From: Tubulanus polymorphus
Lineage: Eukaryota; Animalia; Nemertea
Length of the DNA: 64,000 bases
Direction of reading: 5' to 3'
Assembly (NCBI RefSeq): GCF_964204645.1
Contig: NC_134026.1
Coordinates: forward strand, 14,976,150 to 15,040,149
The position numbers and the translations under genes were made by a program. Position 1 is the first letter of the stretch; every line of letters begins with the position of its first letter. The notes under the pieces are model-generated. The model was not told where the DNA came from, searched no databases, and saw only the letters and a program-made list of their open reading frames with translations. Positions 1 through 12,738 of this stretch are shown here, one piece after another.

Positions 1-8
1 TACATATT

Positions 9-363
9 TTATTCGAAATCTATTTCATGGTGCCCTTTTTCATTCTTACCTTTGTATATGAAATAGAAATCTCCAGAACATAATTCTTCTAAATCTTCAC
101 TTGATAATCTATGAAATCTATCTGGTAAATATGTTCTGAATTTTATATATATTTCTTTTTAATCCTTCATATTCTAAGTGTATAACTAATTTATCTCCAT
201 ATTTGTTAGTAACTGTATCAATATTTGTAATTAGATATTTCTTATGGATTGTTAATTCTTTTAACTTCTTAAATTTATAATCTACTGATTTGACATTTGA
301 AGTATCTTTTATTCTATCTAGAAATAATTTGTTGTTCTCACTGTTTGCTTGTTTACTCTCCAT
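9..363 (-). pseudogene. Frameshifted small Polinton protein (homolog of 25285..25638; possible OB-fold ssDNA-binding protein)
   Basis: N-terminus nearly identical to the 117-aa ORF of copy B; the frame breaks near 140 and the ...HHEIDFE end lies in another frame. Confidence 0.75.
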
Positions 364-392
364 TTATAATACACATTTTTATTAAAATTTGA

Positions 393-3300
393 TTAACACG
401 TTATAGTCCTATTCATTATTTCCTTTTCTTTCTCTTCTTCTCTTTTAAATTTTAGATATTCATCTAAATTACAACCATATGCAACTGTATGAATTCCATC
501 ATCTAAAATATATCTTTTATCGCCAAATGGGTTTAGACTTACCTTTTCAATTTCTTCAATAAACATCTCGTGGTACTCAGATCTTAAACATCTCATCTTA
601 TGTTTTCTAACTTCTTCATTGAATATACAATTGATGTAATCTTTGAAATAAATATTCTTTTCTACTACACTTTTGGTTATTCCTTTTAACTTTTTAGATT
701 CATGTTCTTTCTATCATTTCTTCACCACCTAATTCATCCTTAAACTTCCCGGGTCGCTTTTTATTATCATTGCTAAACAATTCATAGTCTTTAGGATAGT
801 TACTGAAATCAAAATGATGTTTTAATGTTTTTAAATCATCAGTTATGTTATTAGTTTTTATCTTTAATATGTAACTGTCAGTATTTTTTATGATTAATGG
901 AAATCCACAATTAAATGTACCATCTTCAGTTGTTAAATCATAAACATATTCTGTAGGATTGGATATTTCAAATAAATCTCTAACTTCTTCTGTTAGTTCA
1001 TCTTCTATATGCGTTAATTGAAATACATTTAGTTTATCTTTTCTAATATTAACTAACATATTAAATCCTAATGAATTGCATAATGTATTTAATCCTGATA
1101 TAGCAACTTTTCCTTTTTGTGTCAAAGATATAGTTTTCTGTTTTTTTGAACCATCTGCAGCATAAAATCCAATGAAGAACCATTTTCTTAAATCATATTT
1201 TGCATTTATTACATAATCTGGAACTACCTTTCTTTAGTTGAAGTATTACTTTTAACTATTGCATGAATATAGAATTCGTAATTATATTTTATAGCAAAAT
1301 CTTTAGGGTTATTTACAAGTATTCTATAAACTGCTGTTGATTTCATATAATCCACGATTCTAAATGTTTTATGTGAATAAACTTCTTCACAGTCTTTCTT
1401 AATTCTTTCTAATAATTTCAAATCTTGATTGCATAAACACCAACAATATTTATAACCACTAACATAATTATACACACCTGCTGAACCATCTCCCATAAAA
1501 AATCCTTTGATAAAATATTCTTTTTCTTCTAATGTTTCGGGTTCTATATTATAAATATTATCAATTATTTCATCAAATGACATATGATTCATTCTTGGGT
1601 AAAATCTTTTATGTAATAATTCATCTCCAATTTTTATATCAGTTGGTTTTATTTCATCACCATTTTATTTAATTAAACTATGATCTTCAGTAACATCAAC
1701 AAATCCTAATTTAGTTCTAACTCTATAGATTTTCTTATTCGCTTTATGCCTAATTATATTCTTTAATTTCACCCATCCATTTTTTGTCCAAACATCCAAT
1801 AATGCATTTATTTCTATTAATTCTTTTTCACCATACGAAATATAAAGTTCATTTTGTTTTGGAATTATTTCTGAAATTCTTCTAATTAACATTTTATTAT
1901 TATATTTTAAAAATATTGGGGTGTCAGCTGTAACAGAATCAAAGTATAGAATTTCTATATGTTTTTCTCCAAAATGAGGTTGTAATACATTATAATAGAA
2001 TTCATACATTAATAACTTTGATAATTCTAAAACTGATGCTGCAACATTAATTGGTTTATTAAATTTCATAGATGTTCTTCTCATTTTAACTGCAGCTAAA
2101 TTTTCATCAAATATTCTGTTGCCAATAAATTTAGGGTATGATTGTAAATGCCTTATCCTTTTACCATTACTAACTAACTCAATATCATTTCTATTTCTAA
2201 TATTTTTCACAAGTTTTTCCATAGAATGCATTATTCATTAGTTTGAAAAAATCTTTCTCGAAATCAGTTTTAGCTTCAGTTCTCTGTTTGGTGTTAAAAT
2301 CTATATATTTTTCTAACCACTTAGATTGACTAAATGAAATATATCTATGTACTTTTTTTAGGATCATTCCTTGTTTTAGATAAAACTTCAACATTCTATA
2401 ATGTACTACATAATTATATTTATCTTCCTGAGTTTCCATTAACTTTTCTGTATGAATATGATTATCGGGTTTAATTCTTTTTTTGATAATTTGATAGTTC
2501 TTCATGAGTAACAGTTTTATGTTCGGGACAGTATGCTAGATTTCTAGATTTAAATTTAATGTTTTCAGGATATTCTAAATCTTCAACGAAGAAGTAACCA
2601 GTATCTGAATCATCTGCAATATCTAGGATTCTTTTCTTCCAATCAAATTTATCATTATTTTCATGTTGTAAAACTTCACTTATTTCAAATACTCCATAAG
2701 GTTGTGGTTCCATCATTGCCCAACCATACAAATTATTTGCATCTATATATAATAACTTATATCCAGGGTTATCATTTACATTGAAATGTCTATCACCTAA
2801 TACACCTGAAACTCCTCCTCTTATAGATTTTTCAAATAATAGTAATTGATCTATATTTGTTAACAAATCCATTTTTATATCTGTAAATTTTAATCCACAA
2901 TCCCAAGTTAATCCTGGTGATGAATAACAATGACATGGATCAACATTAAAATATTTTAGGTTTACATCTCTAAATCTTTCGAATATATCGGTTAATAATA
3001 ATACATCTGGTTTTAAATATAAATCTACTAATTGTCCATGATTTTTCATTACAAAATGATTCCAAATATTCAATGTTCTATTATATACTTCATCTTTAAC
3101 ATATTCATTTTTTAATTCATCATAAAATTGTTCTTTTAATAATTCAGTTATATTAAAATCATTATGTGATTTATAAAATGAATATGGAATTGCGCCTTTA
3201 TATCTCATTAATTTAAAATTATCATTATTTGGATAGTGTTGTTTTAATATTTTTAATTCATCATCAACTAATGATTTTGATAAGTTATCTAATGAACTGT

Positions 3301-5465
3301 TTAAAAATCTATATGAATCTATAAATCTTAGACACCCAAATTGGAATGATATATAATTCTCAGATGTTCTAGCTAACATTTTAAATTTATAAGTTGGTAT
3401 TTTATCTTTTGATCTATTTGAATTTAATCTTTCTATTTCATTATTAATTTCTTCTATTTTATGGCATAACTGTTTGATGAATAAATGTGCATCATATCCT
3501 GATAGATTATGAAATATAACTGGAACAAAATTTATTTTCTTTGCTTGCAAATTACAATTCTCATGCGCTGCACCTCTAAACTTTCCATTCAAATGATCAT
3601 GGTCTCTTACTTTTTTATCTTTATAATTAAATATCTTTTCACAATAATAACATTTATCTGCAAACTCAAATGCTTCTTTATCTTCTTCTGTCATTATAAT
3701 TTCTATATTTTTATTCAATAATTTACTAAATCTTATTTCATATTCAATTAATAAGTCACAAAAATGATTGATAACATTTTAATTTCTATAATGATAATAT
3801 TCACTTTTAACTAGTTCTGGATAATCAGATTTAATATATAATCCGAAAGCTGCAGCTGATTGATGAATCTTTTTAATAGTAGTTGTTATTAGGGGATCTG
3901 AATAATCAATTATATCATTTTCATTAGAATTTAATTTCTTTCTTTTATAATATATTTCTTTTCTATCTTGATCAGTTAATTCTTTATTTAATGATTCAAA
4001 ATCTCCATATATTACAAATGGTACTTTATTTTTGAAATCATATTTTTTTGAATTCTAATATTTTATCCTTTTCATTTGGTAAAACTAATTTACAATAATC
4101 ATGATTTTCACATAATTGTTTATGATTTAATAATGTACTTTCATTACTGAATTTATGTAAACATTTTCTACAAAGATATATTTTATTATGGTGATCACTT
4201 TCTGTTCTAAAGAATAAATCGATTTGTTTAATCCACATATAATGATTCTCATACTATAATATATCTATAACATCATTTGAATCATAATCTTAAAGGTATA
4301 AAAGTTCTAATGTATAATGTTTTATATTGTTACCTTTTGTTTTTGGCAATTTGATTAAATCAAATACATTTATTTTTAAATTATTATCTCTTTCTATTTT
4401 TGGAATATTTTTAATTCTAACAGGATAATTATCTATCTTATAATTATTTTCAAATGGTTTATAATGAGTTAATCTACAAATATTATCAGTTGCAGCATGT
4501 AAGCAACTAATTATTGCCCATAAAAAACATTTATCATCAAAATTGTGTACATTTATAACAGCATTAGTTTTAAATGGTAGTTTAATATAACTCGATGCTT
4601 AAATATCTGGTTCTTTATGATATGATACATTATTTTCATCTATTGGTTTCGATTTAGTTATATTTTCATATATATCATTATATTTTGTGTTATAGACATG
4701 TAAAGTCATAAATATTATTTCATCAAATATTAAACCTGATCCTTCAAAATATTTCTCTTCTATTTTAGTTTTTACTTCATTATAACATTTATCTAATTTA
4801 TCATCTATATGTTGTTTAGATATAATATGTTGTGAATGAGAATTTCTATTATATATTGGTTTATCTTCAGATTTTATAAACTTTACTTTAGAAGATATAC
4901 TAATTTTAGGATATTCAACATTAGTTATTATTTTTATAATATTTTTCATATTTTCTAAATGTTTTTTATTTTCTTCTAATGTTTTTCCTTTATGAAATTT
5001 AAACTCAATTGCTGCTGGACCAATATCACTTTTAAATGCTTCGGTTATTTCTATATCTTTATTATTATCTAATGAATTAATATAATTTCTTACATCTTCC
5101 ATGTATGGTCTTTTATTGTTTAATTTATTTTTTATTCTTTTAATTGTCTTCTGTTTCTTATCATTATCTTCATCAAAATAATCTTCACCTAAAATATCAT
5201 TATTCTTATTTCTAATATGACTTTTAGATTTTAAATGTTCATTATAATATCTTTTATCACTGAATGATTGATTACACGCATCACATTTGTATGTTTCTTT
5301 TTCATTCTTTAATTCATCTAATTTAGTTTCTAATATATCATCTTCATATTCTAATTTCAATTTATTCTCTAAATGTGTTTTAGTTTTATTATGTCTTATT
5401 ATTTTTGGGATTGATTTATTTATATTGATTTTACATGTTTAACAGTAGTACTTATTTGTTTCCAT
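393..5465 (-). pseudogene. Protein-primed family B DNA polymerase (pPolB) pseudogene with intein
   Basis: ORF fragments carry RDHDHL (HNH-like), FHNLSGYD (ExoII), IRGG, YIDANNLYGWAM (motif A), KLMNNAFYGK (motif B) and YFD/TDS (motif C split by the intein); multiple frameshifts. Confidence 0.92.
883..1937 (-). other. LAGLIDADG intein in copy A pPolB (frameshifted)
   Basis: YFD|SVTADTP...VTEDHS...GFFMGDG...VYDLTTEDGTFNCGFPLIIKN|TDS. Confidence 0.9.
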
Positions 5466-5766
5466 TTTAATACTAAATTTTTATTAAAATTGATTTTAGA
5501 AGTTCAATGATTTAAATATGATTCATATAAAATTTAAATTTAAATATGATTTATATATTTCAATCACACTATACTAACACTTTTAATGTTTAAAAATCTA
5601 ACAAATACAAATATAAATATTGAAATATGTTTAAAAAATATCTATTTATCTATCTATAAGAGCTCGTTAATTACTCGTTACTTTTTTACTAACACTTTAT
5701 ATTGAATAATCTATCAATTTATATGTTATTCATATATTTTTTTTTCATGTATATAAATATTTTAAG

Positions 5767-5937
5767 AGTAATAGGGGAAATAGGCTTTCAGATTAAAGGT
5801 TGAAAGGGCGAGTGAGTAAAAAATGAAAAATATGAAAATAATAATAATTTCTACTTTAATTAGGAGTGAAACTCATAAAAAATGAAAAATAAATTCGAGC
5901 GTTCATTTTGATCTGAAAACCTATTTCCCCTATTACT
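5767..5937. repeat. Terminal fold-back inverted repeat of copy A
   Basis: AGTAATAGGGGAAATAGGCTTTCAGAT at 5767 pairs with ATCTGAAAACCTATTTCCCCTATTACT ending at 5937 (26/27). Confidence 0.9.
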
Positions 5938-6059
5938 AGTATAAATCTGATGATAATGATTCCGATGATTATAAACCTATTATACCAGAAAATAAGTCAA
6001 ATCATAAAATCATTGAAACTAAATCTAAATTTTAAATATTATTAATGGATTAAAATAAG

Positions 6060-6875
6060 ATGAAAAAAGAACAATATTTAAGAGATTTATATTATAACCC
6101 AGAAATTGAAGTATCATATTCTAGCGTTTCAGAATTATGGGATGAAATTAAATCTGATAAAGAAAATGGTGCCGTATGGCACCCACATGGTGATATAAAA
6201 TATAGTGAACTAAGATTATGGTTACAAAATCAACCAACGTATCAAATCCACAAGAAAATGGATAAAAATTATTTAACAAGAAAGGTTATGGTTTCATATA
6301 TCGATCAACAATGGCAAACAGATTTAATTGACATGAAGAACTTAGAAGAATACAACAAAGGATATTTCTGGATATTAAATGTTGTAGACATATTCAGTAG
6401 ATACGCATGGTCAATTCCAATCAAAAATAAAACTGGTATAGAAGTGACAAATGCTTTTAAATCAATATTTAAAGAAGCTATTCCAGGTAACATACAATTT
6501 GATGAAGGTAAGGAATTCTATAACAAACATTTTAAAAAACTATTATCTGATAACGATGTAGAGTATTTTTCAACACACTCAGATAAAAAAGCATCTATTA
6601 TAGAAAGATTTTATAAAACATTGAAATCTAGAATGTGGAAATATTTTACTGCTAATGAAACATATAAATATATCGATGAGTCTATATATATATTAGATGA
6701 TTTAGTGAAAGGTTATAATAATTCTAAACATAGTTCTATAAATATGAAACCTATACAAGCTAGAAAAGAAGATAATTCAGAAATAGTTTGGAATAATTTA
6801 TATGGAGCATATGTTACGTATGATTTCGTAGAACCTAAATTTAAAATTGGACAACATGTAAGAATATCTAAATAG
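6060..6875 (+). pseudogene. Polinton-type rve integrase, 3'-truncated (fragment of another Polinton, copy G, about 5938-6874)
   Basis: WQTDL, QFDEGKEF and IIERF (DDE triad); homologous to 33061..34191 but ends at VRISK, where Gypsy sequence begins, so the chromodomain is missing. Confidence 0.88.
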
Positions 6876-9800
6876 GATGATTTTGACTTGGGTCGGACCA
6901 CACTTCTCGATTTTTCAATCGACACGGGCGACAGCAGACCAATTAAACAACGACCCCGGCGTTTACCACCAGCAAATAGGGAGTTTGTTGAGGCAACCAC
7001 CAAGGAGCTGCTTGATCGAGACCTCATACGGCCCTCATACAGTCCCTGGGCGAGCCCGATAGTGTTGGCCAAGAAGGCGGATGGGTCACTCGGTTTATGC
7101 TGCGACTACCGCCTCCTAAATGCACATACAAACCGTGATTCGCATCCGCTAGGGAGGATTGACAGTACCCTCGAAGCATTGGCTGGAAGTAAATGGTTCT
7201 CGAACCTTGATATGACAAGCGGTTACTGGCAAGTCCCAATCAAGGAAGAGGACAAACCGAAACAGCTTTTGTGACCGAGTGCCACCTTTACGAATAGAAT
7301 GTCCTTCCATTTGGGGTAACTAACGGACCTGCCTGTTTCGCTAGGTTAATGTCACTCGCTCTCGATGAGGTCGCCTGGAAAACTTGCTTGATATACTTGG
7401 ACGATGTTGTGGTATTTTCGGTTGACCTAGAAAGTCACGTCTCTCGGCTTGACAAGGTATTCAGTTTATTTTCTAGGGCACATCTGAAACTAAAACCCCG
7501 GAAATGTAACCTCCTTCAAAAACAGATTAAGTTCCTTGGTCATGTTATCGGCGAAGCCGGTATCGCCACTGACCCATCAAAGTGCGAAAAGGTTCACTCA
7601 TGGCCAGAACCAAAGAATGTATCGGAGGTACGGAGTTTCCTAGGGTTAGTTACATATTATTCCCAATTTGTCAAAGATTTTTCGGAGATAGCAGCCCCAC
7701 TTCACTGGTTGACCAAAAAGCATTCTGTCTTTAAGTGGCATCATGAACAACAAGTTCCATTTGATACGCTGAAGAAAAAACTGTGTGAGGCCCCAGTGTT
7801 AGGGTTCCCAGATTTTACGAAAAATTCAGGTTCGTTCATTTTAGACTGCGATGCTAGCAATTGGGCCATCAGCGCTGTTCTTTCCCAAACCCAGTATGAT
7901 GGCAGTGAGAAGGTGATTGAGTACGGGGGTAGAATGTTCAAGGGTGGCGAAGAAAATTATTGCGCAACTCGCAGGGAAATGCTCGCTATGGTTGACATGA
8001 TTGACCGACATTACCTCCTCGGTCGAAAATTTCTAGTCCGCACCGATCATGCCGCACTCCGCTGGCTGAGAAGTTTTAAGGAACCAACAGGACAGGTCGC
8101 CCGTTGGCTTGAGAGGCTGCAAGAATATGACTTCGACATCGAGCACCATCCGGGTACCCGTCATGGTAACGCTGATGGAATGTCTCGAATACCAAAACCC
8201 AGGCGGAAATATGGGGATTGTCCATCTTGTGGCCCCACCGATATCAACGCCATCGCACGGTCCACAAATCCAGAGATTCCGGTGATTCTCCGTCGAGACA
8301 TCTTAATTCAGGCACAGAAAAAGGATTCTGAGATTTCTGGAGTGAGAGATGTTGTAGCTGCTGGGGTAGGAAGGCCTGATCAGCCAACTCTGCAACAGTG
8401 CGGCAGCTTTATCCCGATCTCTTTATGGTTTGTTAGAAAGATTACAACTCCATAATGGATTGTTGTTCCTTCATCCACTACCGAGTTCAGATAAAAAGCT
8501 TTGTCGTGTTGTTTTGCCCAGATCAGCAGCCAGTGCGGTCATAGCTGACTTACATTGTGGGTTTGCTGGAAAGCATCTTGGTGGGTTAAAAACAGAGAAG
8601 AAGGTTCGAGAACGGTTTTGGTGCCCGGGAATCACTGGTCTTGTTAAGAGAAATGTGAGAGAATGCGAGACATGTCAGAAAAGCAAGTCTCCTACAAAAC
8701 GGCCTCGAGCCCCCCTTAAACCGACTCCAATTGGTCGACGAGGCCAGCGAATACACATTGATATCGTTGGGCCCCTCCCAAGGACTCGAAAAGGAACTGT
8801 TACATCCTCGCTGCCCAGGACGCCTTCACAAAATGGCCGGAAGCGTGGGCCATCAGAAATGAACGCGCAGCGACAGTTGCACGTGTTTTTGTGAATGAAT
8901 GGGTTACACGTTTTGGGTGTCCTGAAAGCATTCACTCGGACAAGGGCTCTAACTTCGAGTCAACATTGTTTTCGGAAATGTGCAAAGTTCTTGGCATTGA
9001 TAAGTCCCATACCACGTCATACCATCCGATGGGAAACGGACAGGTCGAGAACCTAAACAAATCCTTGAAGGCAATGTTGACAACAGCAGTTAATGACCTT
9101 GGTACCGATTGGGATGGAAAACTCCCAGCCTGCATGATGGCTTTCCGGTCAGGAGTACAGGCGCCTACACAGGAAACACCATTCTTTATGACATTTGGCG
9201 AGAAGATGTCTCCCCATTGATCTGATGGTTGGTGCACCGTAACCACGTGACCCAGGGACCAACTTCACGGACAAATTAGTTGACTGCCTTAAATGGGCAC
9301 ACAAAATTGTTCGTGAGCGTTTGAAAGTCGCCCAGAAGGTGCAAAAGAAAAACTATGACCGTTTTTCGAAGCGTGATGGATATCTGGCTGGAGACAGGGT
9401 TTGGCTGTATAGTCACTTCTTGAGGTCAGGCGAGGCATCTAAATTCCATCGACGATGGAAAGGACCATTTGTCGTGACGGAACGCCTCTCAGAAGTTAAC
9501 TACAGGGTGCAGCCTGAAGAAGGGAAGAAAGTGCCAAAGGTAGTCCACTTTAATGACATGAAACCTTGTCATGGAGCACCCAATAGAGTGACCCCATTTC
9601 CCAGGCAACAGAAGACGAAGCGGCACCAAAGGAACCCTCACATAAGACCACGTATGGTTGTTCCTGAGGACAACACCTCGGACTCAGAACCGGCTGAGGA
9701 GACTGTGTGGACCAGGGGGCCGTTTACCGGCCAGGGTCAAACACCAGTTCAGCAAGGTGTAGACCCAGAACCGGCCGTGGAACCTGAGGGCCAGGAACCG

Positions 9801-10073
9801 CAGGCTGTAGACCCTTGTTCCCAAGACTCCGAACCCGAAGACACATCAAATATCGACCAAAACTCTGCACCTGAAGATACCTTGGACGTCGACCAAGGCA
9901 GACGAATCTTGAGACCGAGAGAAGGCATACGCCCCCCATTTCGTTATGTTTGTTCTGCCTCGGTAAATAAGGAAATGACCAGGACCCAGTACTGGGAGTC
10001 AGTGCTCGCAGAGAATGAGAAATGGCTAGAAAGAACTAGGCAAAAGTCAATCACTTACCTAACCACGGTTTAA
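6876..10073 (+). pseudogene. pol: Gypsy pol (RT, RNase H, integrase) with stops and frameshifts
   Basis: SPWASP, CCDYRLLN, LDMTSGYWQ, YLDD, DCDAS, TDH, H-x-G...CETC zinc-binding region, IHIDIVGP, IHSDKG, GNGQVE, WKGPF. Confidence 0.92.
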
Positions 10074-10161
10074 TGTGATTGTTACTTAGCCCATCACTTA
10101 CCGTGTTTCTCCTCGATTTCATGTTTTTCAGCTGAATTCGACCCTGCGCTTACAAGAGAAA

Positions 10162-10989
10162 ATGGATGTTCTTCAGCTAGACCGTCTGGACGAGAAAACG
10201 CAAAATTTCAAGAAGATCCTGACCAAGGAAGTGGCGAAATTTGTGCGAAATTTCTCGCAGAAGGAACAACCGGCTTGCCCCTCGACGTCAGAATTGATCG
10301 TATCCGCTCGGGAAAACTTGCACAACCCGAACACGATCGTCACAGCGGCAGTGATCACCGGGTTGAAGATAGCAATGGGGAGGAAATTCACCCCCCTCAC
10401 CGATGGTCAGTTCGCTACCTTAGGGGGCGAGCTGAAGAAGTTGGTTGGAGATGCCGGCGGGAGTACCTTAGGGTTAGAGCGCAAGTTGCAAAAACTCCAG
10501 TCAAAGATGGGAAGTATACCGAAGCCAAAACCTAAGAGAGTGTTTCTGCTTGCTTATTCCATGTTCAGCCGAGCCAAAGTGTCCGAATCAGTCTTTCCGC
10601 TTAGTCACTCTGGTGAGACAGTGGCTGAGCTCCTGTATTCTCTTCCGAGTTTCCGCATGGATTGCTCCGCCATTGTTTTCAACCATGGGTTGAACCACAT
10701 GCGGAACTCTGACTCGATTGAGGACGACCTGAATCGGTTGTACGGCCTGCTGAAAGGCAGATATCCAGGTATCCCCCTTTACCATCTGGAGGTTCCGAAG
10801 CCACCCTGTATTCGGAAGAACCGGCCTTGCATTATCAACATCGACAGAGTGAACGTTTTTGCTCAACGCGCCGGATTCACACAGATCGACCATCCGGATT
10901 ACGGGGATTCTGACTTCATGGGAGTACACTACCGGAAGCCCACAATGGATCATGTTCTCAGCCATGTTATCTCGTCCATTGAGCAATAA
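10162..10989 (+). CDS. Extra ORF 3' of Gypsy pol; C-terminal SGNH/GDSL-hydrolase-like domain
   Basis: 275-aa open frame between pol and the 3' LTR; VFLLAYSM (GDS-like), SHSGET, IVFNHGLN and MGVHY match SGNH block spacing; candidate splice acceptor TTTTTCAG at 10123-10130. Confidence 0.55.
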   Translation: MDVLQLDRLDEKTQNFKKILTKEVAKFVRNFSQKEQPACPSTSELIVSARENLHNPNTIVTAAVITGLKIAMGRKFTPLTDGQFATLGGELKKLVGDAGGSTLGLERKLQKLQSKMGSIPKPKPKRVFLLAYSMFSRAKVSESVFPLSHSGETVAELLYSLPSFRMDCSAIVFNHGLNHMRNSDSIEDDLNRLYGLLKGRYPGIPLYHLEVPKPPCIRKNRPCIINIDRVNVFAQRAGFTQIDHPDYGDSDFMGVHYRKPTMDHVLSHVISSIEQ

Positions 10990-11608
10990 TGACAGGCTAA
11001 CTGGGTTACCTGATAACGCCTTATCATGGCCTGTTTATGGTTTTCCCCACTTTCATGGTTGCCTGCTCATTTTGACCCACGATAAGCTTGGGTGGTAAGG
11101 TGAACATACCTTTTCATGTTTTATTGATCCACTGGCCTCTGTCTGTTGTGGTTGTAAATAGTGTATGTATGTATATATGTATAATTTAGAAACAGTTCTC
11201 CAGCGCCTTTTTGTGTTTATATTTTTCAGGGTATGTGGAACGAATCTGGACTGCCAGATGGAACCGTTGGCTTAGTGATTTAGAAGACCATCACTCGGAC
11301 CTACCTTATCATGGTTTATGTTTGCAGTGAGGATGCCTTTTCATGGTAATCTAGGTCATAATTCCTGCACTCGGTGATACAATATTACTGGTGTCTACAC
11401 ATACTCGTACCAAAGAACTATTGGACTACTTTTCAACTATCCTCAACTGTCCTTCATACACTGCCGTAAAAAAATGGACTTACCAAAAGATTTGAATCGA
11501 GGACTTTCAAGAGTGACGGATTATTTGCGAACAGGGATTATATAAATTGCGATCGAATGTATTGGACTTAAAAAAATTTCAAGTGTCCCTTTCTACGGAG
11601 GGGGATGG

Positions 11609-11933
<325 letters not shown>

Positions 11934-12738
11934 GATGGACTACTCAGCCAGGTTTTCTTCACTGTGTGTTGTATCATCACAGCCATTGAAGCTTATACCG
12001 GTACCTACTAATGTAAAAGACACTACAATGCATGATCTACAACCATTTGTGAACCAGTGTAAGCAGGATCTTCCATCCCCATGTGGAGTAAACTCATAGT
12101 TGTTTTTTGTGGAAAACCAACTGTGCTAGTATTCTTGGTAACTAAAACAAGATTGACAAAAAACCTGATGCGGCAGCCCGCGCTTAAAAATTTGCAATGT
12201 TGCTTACTTCCCAAATAAATACGCGATGTTGAAAATAGTTTGTACTCACCAGTTGAGAGTGTAAACGAGCTAACAGTGAACTTGGCCTTCTCAAAAGTTA
12301 CTTGAGAAGTACGATGACTCAGAATCGATTATAGTGGCTTGGCCCTGATGCATGTTCATCACAGGATCACAAGTGATTCCAACTTTGTGGATCGAGTAAT
12401 AGACCAATTCAGTAGGAAACACCCAAGGAAAATGATGCTAAGAAACATTTTACTTGATGACTGAATTGAACTTTAACTTTGAATCAGTATTAATTAAGTC
12501 AAGTGAAAATGGTTTATTCATTTATCAAGGCTAGCTGTTAAGAGTTCTAGTTGTTCTAGAAAAGATTGATACTATAATAACTCCAATTGATCTCTGTTGT
12601 TCATTGCCTGAAATTGGATGGTCGTGTATTAAGGGTCGTGACATCAAGATGCCCCTAAAATGCATCTAGTGTGCTCCATTTTTCGCATTTTCCGGGGTAG
12701 GTCCTCCAGAACAAAGTCACCGTCTGGATCGACCCCTG
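11934..12738 (+). mobile_element. hAT DNA transposon 3' remnant
   Basis: About 12200-12460 translates, with frameshifts, to ...LLKSYLRSTMTQNRL.GLALMHVH...VIDQFSRKHPRKM (hAT dimerization domain); TIR-like TCTGGATCGACCCCTG ends at 12738. Confidence 0.7.

Larger units (their letters stand above)
1..5937 (-). mobile_element. Polinton/Maverick copy A (hairpin-ended subfamily), decayed, runs off the window start
   Basis: Terminus reads AGTAATAGGGG... on the minus strand from 5937, followed by a fragmented pPolB and a 117-aa-family ORF, collinear with copy B (21893 onward). Confidence 0.9.

Noticed and set aside
5767-5937. Terminal palindromes as independent MITE insertions
   Set aside because: No flanking duplication in any of the three cases, and the inner flank is homologous in all, so they belong to the Polinton end.
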